From positions 1 through 23,635 of the forward strand of contig JAWALG010000015.1 of assembly GCA_038886995.1 (NCBI GenBank): a stretch of 23,635 bases of DNA, written 5' to 3'. This document shows positions 8,229-15,331 of this stretch, piece by piece. The stretch comes from Candidatus Iainarchaeum sp. (GTDB lineage Archaea; Iainarchaeota; Iainarchaeia; Iainarchaeales; DTGL01). A program made the translations under genes and the position numbers. The notes beneath the pieces were generated by a model. It did no database searches. It was not told the origin of the DNA and worked only from the letters and a program-made list of their open reading frames with translations. Position 1 is the stretch's first letter. The number at the start of each line of letters is the position of its first letter.

Positions 8229-8402
8229 ATGGAAGATTATGTGGTTAAGTCAAAAATAAAGGAATATGCCAAAAACAAGGACATAAGGATTGCTGGTGAC
8301 TTCTTCGACGGTCTTAACAAGGTAATTCAATATAAACTCGATAAAGCAGTTGAAAGGGCCAAAGAAAACGGAAGGAAGACCCTTAGGGGCTTTGACTTGT
8401 AA
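8229..8402 (+). CDS. Short histone-fold protein (DUF1931 / alpha3-truncated face-to-face-type histone), 57 aa; not in ORF track
   Basis: MEDYVVKSKIKEYAKNKDIRIAGDFFDGLNKVIQYKLDKAVERAKENGRKTLRGFDL: VVKSKIKE start, RIAGD L1 loop, AVERAKENGRKT...DL end; strong SD. Confidence 0.92.
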   Translation: MEDYVVKSKIKEYAKNKDIRIAGDFFDGLNKVIQYKLDKAVERAKENGRKTLRGFDL

Positions 8403-8407
8403 AAGCC

Positions 8408-8440
8408 CTTTTTTATTTTCTTTTTATCTTTATTTTATGA
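8408..8440 (+). terminator. Oligo-T terminator after the histone gene
   Basis: cttttttattttctttttatcttttatttt immediately after the stop. Confidence 0.6.
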
Positions 8441-8464
8441 GTTTTTGGTAGTTTTGCTTTTTGC

Positions 8465-8992
8465 CTATGGTTGCAAGCGCACGATTTGGTAATAGTTAAC
8501 ATGGTTCTCCGAGTCAACTACTGCCTGCACTAGAATTGTGTTAAGATTCCCGCTCAATCTAATCATTCTGCTTATTTCAGGCATTGTAAAGCGCTCGTTT
8601 TGTGTGCATACGTTTACAACATACTCTGTATGTGCCTCGCCAGGCCTTTTGCCTTTCGGATAAACCCTAAGGTCAAAACCAAATTTGTATCCCGTTTTCA
8701 CAACATAACCTTTACTACGCAAGTCTTTGAATACAAGATACTTTGTGTAAAACCTTTTGTCTTCAGCTAAGCCCGCAGCCAAAATTTTATCCTCAGATAC
8801 ATCTTTTTTCCCATCTTTTACTTTTATTTTGCCTTTTTCAATTAGGTAGAGGGCTTCATTAAGGTCAAGCATTAGTTTCCTTTCTATTACTTCACCAAAA
8901 GCATCCTGCGAAAGCTCATCCCTCAACCTTGGGCTTTCAACTATCACTTTATTTTCTACAAGATTTGCTGTTTTTTCTTTATTTTTGCCTAT
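8465..8992 (-). CDS. endA: tRNA-intron (splicing) endonuclease, single-unit type
   Basis: LDLNEALYL, YLVFKDLRSKGYVVKTGYKFGFDLRVY, EAH, AVVD...YY...P. The frame stays open upstream of GTG 8947 (KTANLVENKVIVE); probable ATA start at 8992. Confidence 0.9.
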   Translation of the reverse strand: MGKNKEKTANLVENKVIVESPRLRDELSQDAFGEVIERKLMLDLNEALYLIEKGKIKVKDGKKDVSEDKILAAGLAEDKRFYTKYLVFKDLRSKGYVVKTGYKFGFDLRVYPKGKRPGEAHTEYVVNVCTQNERFTMPEISRMIRLSGNLNTILVQAVVDSENHVNYYQIVRLQP

Positions 8993-9062
8993 ATTGATCC
9001 CTGCCTTCTGTTTTTAAATTAAAATGCTTACAAATTAATTTAAAAGATGCGTGTGGTTTAAT

Positions 9063-10163
9063 ATGCAAAAATTTGACCCTTGGTCTTCAAAGCAACTTGA
9101 TTCTGAAGCATTGTTCAAGGAATTTGGCGTTGCTGGTCTTAAGGATTCTTGGAAAAAGCTTCTAAACCACTATCTCGTGGAACGCAGCATAGTCATAGGC
9201 CAACGTGACTTTGAAAAGGTTGCTGACTGCATAGCCAAAGGCAAACCTTTCATTAACATCACTGGGCTTGCGCCAAGTGGAAGGATGCATTTAGGCCATA
9301 AGGCGGTAATAGAGCTCTTCATGCTATTCAAAAAGCTCGGTGCTAAAAACTATTTTTGCGTAGCTGATATCGAGGCATACGCAAGTAGGCCCAACATTGA
9401 GACCATGGCTCAGGCAAGGGAAATGGCAGCAAATAATGTTGCACATCTTCTAGCGCTCGGCCTCGATGAAAGTGACATATACTTGCAAAGCAACTATGAG
9501 CCGCGTTACTATGAGTTTGCTTTCGAAATTAGCAAAAAGATAACAAAAAGGGCCTTTGAGGCAACATATGGCCATGTTGACCTTGGCAAGATGGGCTCAG
9601 CGCTTTTGCAATATGCTGATATTTTGCATCCACAACTTGAAGAGTTTGAGGGAAAAATGCCAAGCATAACGCCAATTGGCATAGACCAAGATCCGCATGC
9701 AAGGATTACAAGAGATGTTGTGAAAAGGCTTCCATACGACATGGAAGTTCCTTCTTTTATCCACATAATGCACGAGTCAGGCCTCTTAGAGGGCAGTAAG
9801 ATGAGCAGCTCAATTCCTGAGAGCGCAATATTCTTAGATGATGCCCCTGAGTCAGTAAAAGCAAAGATATCAAATGCTTTTACGGGTGGCAGGGAAACTG
9901 CTGAGCTGCAGAAGAAGCTTGGTGGCAAGCCCGAGATATGCAAAGTTTGTGAAATACTAAGGTTCCATTATCCAAACAGTGAAGAATTGCTTGATATAAT
10001 TTCATCATGCAAGAGTGGCAAGAGGCTTTGCGGTGAAACAAAGAAGTTGGCAATAGAGTTCCTTAGCAGCTTCCTTAAAGAACACCAGCGCAAAGTAAAA
10101 GAGAAAGAGGCAGCTGCAAGAAAAATCGTCTTTGGAAGAAGAAAAAAGAATTTAAAAAATTAA
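9063..10163 (+). CDS. trpS: Tryptophanyl-tRNA synthetase (archaeal type)
   Basis: FDPWS, PSGRMHLGH (HIGH), PIGIDQDPH, KMSSS, AFTGGRET, CGETKK. ATG 9063 preferred over GTG 9051. Confidence 0.96.
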   Translation: MQKFDPWSSKQLDSEALFKEFGVAGLKDSWKKLLNHYLVERSIVIGQRDFEKVADCIAKGKPFINITGLAPSGRMHLGHKAVIELFMLFKKLGAKNYFCVADIEAYASRPNIETMAQAREMAANNVAHLLALGLDESDIYLQSNYEPRYYEFAFEISKKITKRAFEATYGHVDLGKMGSALLQYADILHPQLEEFEGKMPSITPIGIDQDPHARITRDVVKRLPYDMEVPSFIHIMHESGLLEGSKMSSSIPESAIFLDDAPESVKAKISNAFTGGRETAELQKKLGGKPEICKVCEILRFHYPNSEELLDIISSCKSGKRLCGETKKLAIEFLSSFLKEHQRKVKEKEAAARKIVFGRRKKNLKN

Positions 10164-11263
10164 ATTTTGCACCATGTGCATTTCTTAAGCACTCTCTCCT
10201 TTGCAATTTCGTTTGCAACTGCTCTAGTGTTGCCCTTTTTTCCAGCACGCTCTAACACAAGTTTGGTGTTGCTTGTTATCTTTTTCTCCACAACCTTGAA
10301 CATCTCTTTTGCGTCGCCGCCTTTGTATTCAACATAGCTTGATATAACGCCACCGGCATTAGCAACGAAATCAGGCACAACAACCTTTCCTTTTGCTGCA
10401 AGGGCCTCTTCTACTTCCTGTGTCATTGGTATGTTTGATCCTTCTACTATAAGCTTTGCTTTAACCATATTGACCTCATTGATTTTTATGAGATCAGGCA
10501 CGGCTGCTGTTACCAAAATGTCAACATTTAGGCCTATTATATCATGCCTGTCCATAAGTTTGACTTTGCCATCATAGCCAGTAACAGAGCCAGTTTTTTT
10601 AATTGCATCCATTAGCTTCTCGTATTGCAAGCCCTCTTCACAGAAAACGAGCCCTTTTATGTCTGATATGCCAACAAGCTTTGCGCCTGCCTCGCTAAGG
10701 TATTTGCCAACAAAGCTTCCAACATTTCCAAAGCCCTCTATGGCAACCTTAGCTCCTGAAAGTTCAATCCTTGCGAACTCAGCCCCAATCTTTGCTGCAT
10801 GGAAAACCCCAAAGCCAGTGCTGCCTAACTCATGCGGCAGACCACCCATTTCTTTTGGCTTGCCTGTGCATGCCTTTCCTGTTTTCAGTGTTTCTGCAAA
10901 TACGCGCATTTCCTCCTGTGTGGTATTCATATCAGGGCCTGCAATGTATCTCTGAGGCACTATGCCTTCAAGCTTTTCAGCAAAGGCCTTTATTAGCTCT
11001 GCTTTTCTTTCCTTAGTTGGGAAGTCGGTATCTGCCACAATTCCTGCTTTTGCACCACCAAAAGGCAAATCCGCCATAGCGCACTTCCAGGTCATTCCTC
11101 TGGCAAGTTTTGCTACTTCTTCAAGAGTAACTGTTGTGGTTAGCCTTATACCGCCTTTACCAGGCCCTAATGCAGTGTTGTCTATAACAACAAAGCCCTT
11201 AAGCCCAACCTTTGGGTTATACACAGTTAATGAAAACTCAGGACCAAAAACATCAAACTCCAT
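10160..11263 (-). CDS. gdhA: Glu/Leu/Phe/Val dehydrogenase (glutamate dehydrogenase-like)
   Basis: LGPGKGGIRL, MTWKCA, LPFGGAKAG, GPDMNT, TGKP, EGFGNVG, EGSNIP, VPDFVANAGGV. Start ATG 11263 or GTG 11272. Confidence 0.92.
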   Translation of the reverse strand: MEFDVFGPEFSLTVYNPKVGLKGFVVIDNTALGPGKGGIRLTTTVTLEEVAKLARGMTWKCAMADLPFGGAKAGIVADTDFPTKERKAELIKAFAEKLEGIVPQRYIAGPDMNTTQEEMRVFAETLKTGKACTGKPKEMGGLPHELGSTGFGVFHAAKIGAEFARIELSGAKVAIEGFGNVGSFVGKYLSEAGAKLVGISDIKGLVFCEEGLQYEKLMDAIKKTGSVTGYDGKVKLMDRHDIIGLNVDILVTAAVPDLIKINEVNMVKAKLIVEGSNIPMTQEVEEALAAKGKVVVPDFVANAGGVISSYVEYKGGDAKEMFKVVEKKITSNTKLVLERAGKKGNTRAVANEIAKERVLKKCTWCKI

Positions 11264-11313
11264 GCCCGACACCAGCCATAATTAGAGTGGATTATTTATT
11301 TAATGTTATTCGT

Positions 11314-11700
11314 TTATGATTCTTTTGCCTTTATTGTCTCAATCAAGTATTCCTTCTTTTTTTTGAGTTCTTCTATTGCTTTTTTCATAGCATCATTTTC
11401 CTGTTCAACTATTAATACTTTTTTCACACCTTTAAGCCGTGCGTTTCTGTCAATCTTGTTTACAAGGTTGCCCCATTCCACAATAACTTCGCAGGATTTT
11501 CTCTTTTTGCCAAAGAACTCACAGATTTCTTCTGCCGCTTTCTGTGCTTCAGAAAGGAAGCTTGTAGCTTCGTAAGAGGTCTTGTGAATTTCTGTATCAA
11601 CAACGATAAGAACTGTCATTTTTTTTATTCCTTTTGAAATTTTTTCTAATGTTTCCATGCTTGCTTCCTTTCCTGAAACAATTGGAAGCATCGCATGCAT
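11314..11700 (-). CDS. Universal stress protein (USP)-like hypothetical protein
   Basis: 128 aa; VLIVVD strand and EVIVEWGNLVNKI...A...GVKKVLI resemble the USP VxxGxPxxxIxxxAxxxxxDLIV pattern; AGGTG SD. Confidence 0.6.
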   Translation of the reverse strand: MHAMLPIVSGKEASMETLEKISKGIKKMTVLIVVDTEIHKTSYEATSFLSEAQKAAEEICEFFGKKRKSCEVIVEWGNLVNKIDRNARLKGVKKVLIVEQENDAMKKAIEELKKKKEYLIETIKAKES

Positions 11701-11708
11701 AAAAACAC

Positions 11709-12662
11709 CTAACTTATATACTCATAGATGCCTTTCCTTCTCTCAGTGATTTCCCCATTTTCCCTCAGAAATTCACACACTATTTTGACCAGATCCTTAT
11801 CTAAGCTGAGGTCATTTGATATTGCTTCTATTGTGCAAGTTTTGTGTGCCATAATGTACTGAAGTATTATTGGGGCGCATTTGTCGTACAGAGGTCTTTT
11901 GATTATAAAGTATTCACCATCGAATGTCTTTATTCCAAAGACCTCTTTGCGCCTTATCTCATCACTCAATCTTGCAGATAGCGCTTTTGCAACATTTTCA
12001 TCTCTTATAATGGCATATTCTTGCTTAATCAGGCGTGTTTCATCTGCGCTTGGCACGACCAAAGTTTCTGCTGCTTTTTTAGGCGTGCTGACATATTGCT
12101 TTTTTTCGTTCTCAAAGCCCATCTGCCAATCAGCCGCTTTTTTTGTTTTGGCTTCCTCAACAATGTAAGCTTGCTCTTCAGTTGGGCTTGGTTCTTTCTT
12201 CTTTTGTTCTTTTTGGCTTCCTGATGCAGCTGCCTCTAAGCTTTGTGATGTCTCCATTATTTTTTTGCCCACCTCTTTGCCAACGCTTGCTATGCCTGTC
12301 GCAATTCCGCTTGAAAGCTTGTATATCGCTTTTTTATACTTATCAGACGACTTATAGAGCACTATTTTACCCTCGTTTAACAGCTCCTTAAACCTTCTAA
12401 GCTCTTCTCCGCTAAGATGCTTTTCAAACCTGCCTTCAACTCTTTCCGAATATGACTTTTCTTCTAACATTTTGAAGATCTTCTTGTCTGTTTCAGCATG
12501 CTTTGATGTTTCGCCCGAAAACCTTTTCTCGACTAAAGCGTAAGATCCTGAGCTGAGCTCTACAAGCTCATAATCCGAATTCTTACTCAGGCCGAGGCCT
12601 TCGGCAAGCTCATCTGAGATTTCATAAGCAATAGAAGCCCCTTTCTTGTATATCCTTGCCAT
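11709..12662 (-). CDS. Hypothetical DNA-binding protein: AbrB/SpoVT-like N-terminus and winged-helix C-terminus
   Basis: N-terminus RIYKKGASIAYEISDELAEGLGLSKNSDY; C-terminus TIEAISNDLSLDKDLVKIVCEFLRENGEITERRKGIYEY; charged linker. Confidence 0.7.
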   Translation of the reverse strand: MARIYKKGASIAYEISDELAEGLGLSKNSDYELVELSSGSYALVEKRFSGETSKHAETDKKIFKMLEEKSYSERVEGRFEKHLSGEELRRFKELLNEGKIVLYKSSDKYKKAIYKLSSGIATGIASVGKEVGKKIMETSQSLEAAASGSQKEQKKKEPSPTEEQAYIVEEAKTKKAADWQMGFENEKKQYVSTPKKAAETLVVPSADETRLIKQEYAIIRDENVAKALSARLSDEIRRKEVFGIKTFDGEYFIIKRPLYDKCAPIILQYIMAHKTCTIEAISNDLSLDKDLVKIVCEFLRENGEITERRKGIYEYIS

Positions 12663-12794
12663 AATACCCTATATGTTGTGTATATCGTAGGAGTTAAAAT
12701 ATTTTGCCCACAAAGAAAAGTGTTTTTTTTAGCCAGAAAACATATTTTACCGCTTTTTTTGGTGTTTTTTCTAAAAAGGCGGTTCTGAATTCTA

Positions 12795-12813
12795 AAACGA
12801 TAATATTAAATAC
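12795..12813 (+). promoter_or_regulatory. BRE/TATA promoter of tfb
   Basis: AAACGATAA followed by TATTAAATAC about 110 nt upstream of GTG 12922. Confidence 0.55.
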
Positions 12814-12921
12814 TAGGTATGCAGCAGTTAATTATATAAAGGTATCTTTTTTCGAGGCGACTTTTTAGACCAAAAGTTGTGAAATGCATTTGTTGAGTTG
12901 GGTGTATGGGAAGGTGATTTT

Positions 12922-13830
12922 GTGGAAGCAACAAAATGCCCGGAATGCGGGTCAACAAAGCTTAAGAAAGATGAATCCAGAGGTGAAATAATCTGCGGCA
13001 AATGCGGCCTTGTAATTTCTGAAGACCTTATTGATTTAGGCAAAGATTGGCGCTCCTTTGACTCAGACCAATTTGAAAAGCGCGCCAGAGCTGGGTCACC
13101 CAAAAAATATGTTAAGCTTAACAAAGGCCTTGTCACAATGATAGACAGGAAAGGCAGAGACCTTCGCGGAAACAAGCTTTCAACACAAGGCAAAGCACAA
13201 ATGTATCGGCTTATAAAGTGGCACAAGCGCACATCAGTAAGCTCTTCCATGGAAAGAAACCTTAGCATTGCGCTTACTGAGTTGCGAAGAATAGCGAGCT
13301 ACCTAAACATCCCTGAGTCTTTGGTTGAAGCATCAGCCCTCCTATATAGAAAAACCGTAGAAAAAGGACTCATAAGGGGACGCCTTATTGAGGCGGTTGT
13401 TGCAGCAATCCTCTATGCTGTTTGTAGAACCTATCAAGTGCCAAGAACCCTGAATGAGATGGCCGAGGCATCAGGGCTAACAAAGAAGGAAATCGGGCGA
13501 ACTTACAGGTTCCTTGTGAGGGAGCTTAAGTTTGATGTGCCTTTGACAAACCCAGTGCACTACATCCCAAGGTTTGCAACAGAGCTTAACCTCAGCGGCG
13601 AAGTGCAGGAAAAAGGCCGCGAGATCATAGAAAAAGCTATAAAGAAAGGCCTTATAAGCGGTCGCGGCCCTACCGGAGTTGCAGCAGCAGCAGTTTACAT
13701 AGCGAGCTTGCTATTGGCAGAGCGCAGGACTCAGAAGGAAGTAGCAAATGTTGCCGGCGTTACAGAAGTTACAATAAGAAACAGATACAGGGAGCTTAAG
13801 AAAGAACTCGGTATAGATGTGGCTGCATAA
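12922..13830 (+). CDS. tfb: Transcription initiation factor IIB
   Basis: Zn ribbon CPECG...CGKCG, DWRSFD, ERNLSIALTELRR, two cyclin repeats, RTQKEVANVAGVTEVTIRNRYREL. GTG 12922 follows an AGGTGA SD (ORF track: TTG 12898). Confidence 0.97.
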   Translation: MEATKCPECGSTKLKKDESRGEIICGKCGLVISEDLIDLGKDWRSFDSDQFEKRARAGSPKKYVKLNKGLVTMIDRKGRDLRGNKLSTQGKAQMYRLIKWHKRTSVSSSMERNLSIALTELRRIASYLNIPESLVEASALLYRKTVEKGLIRGRLIEAVVAAILYAVCRTYQVPRTLNEMAEASGLTKKEIGRTYRFLVRELKFDVPLTNPVHYIPRFATELNLSGEVQEKGREIIEKAIKKGLISGRGPTGVAAAAVYIASLLLAERRTQKEVANVAGVTEVTIRNRYRELKKELGIDVAA

Positions 13831-13835
13831 GCCAC

Positions 13836-13870
13836 CTTTTTTTATCTTTTTTCAATTTTTCCTATTTTTA
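13836..13870 (+). terminator. Oligo-T terminator after tfb
   Basis: cttttttttatctttttttcaatttttcctattttt right after the stop. Confidence 0.6.
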
Positions 13871-13942
13871 AATTTATGTTGCCACATGTTGTTTAAACAA
13901 TTTCTTGATGCTTTAAAAAACAATATCTCATAATAGAATACT

Positions 13943-14242
13943 ATGGACGACAGAATTTCTATGCTTGTAAAGATATGCAAAAAGAAATGCCCGCTTTGCT
14001 ACGCACGGAGAACAATAAAGAATGACGAGTCAGAGCGAAAGGAAGTTGAGAACGCGCTAAAAGAAATGATCGCTTATTACGGCAACCTTTACGATGACCT
14101 AAGGGCTAGGAATGCGAGCGCTGAGGAAATTAAGAAAGCTTGGGGAAACATGCGATATTGCAAAGACCTTTATGAGACCTGCCGTAAATGCGACCGCACA
14201 GTTGACCATGTGAACAGGGCCTTTCCAACAAGGATTGGGTAA
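13943..14242 (+). CDS. Small Cys-rich hypothetical protein (putative Zn-binding)
   Basis: 99 aa; CKKKCPLC at the N-terminus and CKDLYETCRKC at the C-terminus flank a helical segment; TTTAAAA TATA-like element upstream. Confidence 0.75.
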   Translation: MDDRISMLVKICKKKCPLCYARRTIKNDESERKEVENALKEMIAYYGNLYDDLRARNASAEEIKKAWGNMRYCKDLYETCRKCDRTVDHVNRAFPTRIG

Positions 14243-14331
14243 GTAATACTCATAAGTGCTTGTTGGCTTTCCTATGCATTTCCCATCGCGTTAATCTAAT
14301 GCCATTTTTCCCTTATGAAGTAGTGCTTTGC

Positions 14332-14592
14332 TTAGCTCTTTATTAGGACCTTGCTTCCTATTGCTTGGCCAGGGAGGCCTTTATCGAATATGGCACGGAC
14401 AGCGCCTTTGTCACCATGGGCATCTACAATTTTCCCACTGATTTTTTTGCCGCTCTCAGTTGTGTATTCAACAACTTTTCCCATAAAGGAGTATGCCTTT
14501 GCTTTCTTATCTATGCCTGGCAGTATTATTATTGCTTGTCTTGTGTTTTGCGTTCTTCTGCCACGCCGGTAGTTCTTTATGATGCCTTCCAT
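14332..14592 (-). CDS. rpl35ae: 50S ribosomal protein L35Ae
   Basis: MEGIIKNYRRGRRTQ...GKI...HGDKGAVRAIFDKGLPGQAIG. Confidence 0.95.
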   Translation of the reverse strand: MEGIIKNYRRGRRTQNTRQAIIILPGIDKKAKAYSFMGKVVEYTTESGKKISGKIVDAHGDKGAVRAIFDKGLPGQAIGSKVLIKS

Positions 14593-14657
14593 ACTAAATC
14601 AGCATTAAATATCTTCCAATGAAGCATTTTTAAATTTAATCAAAGTGATTTGTTTCA

Positions 14658-15326
14658 ATGAAGAAAATCTTTGTTGCGGGTGTTGATGAAGCAGGTCGAG
14701 GCCCAGTGCTTGGGCCTTTGGTAATTTGTGGCGTACTAGCTAGCAAAGAGCAAGAGGAGCAGCTTGCCGAGCTTGGTGTTAAGGATTCAAAACAGCTCAG
14801 CCCAAAGAAAAGGAAATCATTTTTTGCAAAAATAAAGGATATTGTTCAGGACTGTGCTATAATTAAGATAAGCGCATCTGAACTCAATGAGCTCATGCCT
14901 AAGAAATCACTCAACGAGATTGAGGCACTTAAGACAGCTCAGATAATTGAGCAATTAAAGCCCAGGCCTGAAATCGTTATTGTTGATGCGCCTGATGTTG
15001 TGCAGGAAAATTATGGCAAAAGAATTCAAAAGTATCTAAGCTTCAAACCTCTTATAAAATCAGAACACTTTGCTGATACAAAGTATGCTGTAGTGAGTGC
15101 CGCATCAATCCTTGCGAAAGTAGAAAGGGACGCAGAGATTGCAGAGTATGTCAAGAAATATGGTGATATCGGATCAGGTTACTGGCATGACCCTCTAACT
15201 AAAAAATTTATAGAAAAATATGTTGAGGAAAACGGCAAATTGCCGCCATTTGCAAGGTCTCTTTGGGACCCAGCAATAAAGACATTGGACTCCAAGCTGC
15301 AAAAGAGGATTTTTGACTTTAAGTAA
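14658..15326 (+). CDS. rnhB: Ribonuclease HII
   Basis: GVDEAGRGPVLGPL, VKDSKQL, IVDA, EHFAD...VVSAASILAKVERD, GSGY, and C-terminal PIP box QKRIFDF. Confidence 0.97.
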   Translation: MKKIFVAGVDEAGRGPVLGPLVICGVLASKEQEEQLAELGVKDSKQLSPKKRKSFFAKIKDIVQDCAIIKISASELNELMPKKSLNEIEALKTAQIIEQLKPRPEIVIVDAPDVVQENYGKRIQKYLSFKPLIKSEHFADTKYAVVSAASILAKVERDAEIAEYVKKYGDIGSGYWHDPLTKKFIEKYVEENGKLPPFARSLWDPAIKTLDSKLQKRIFDFK

Positions 15327-15331
15327 AAGAG

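Noticed and set aside
8465-10163. endA next to trpS as a novel association
   Set aside because: This neighbourhood is already known in archaea, and no tRNA gene fits in the short spacer.
1461-11711. Identical 14-mer cataaaaacaccta at 1461-1474 and 11698-11711
   Set aside because: It reads TAG-GTGTTTTT-ATG on the minus strand, a stop codon fused to the SD and start; this is ordinary translational coupling, not a mobile repeat.
11709-12662. AbrB-like gene plus downstream small gene as a toxin-antitoxin pair
   Set aside because: The downstream protein looks USP-like, without PIN, MazF or RelE motifs, and the upstream protein is far larger than an antitoxin.
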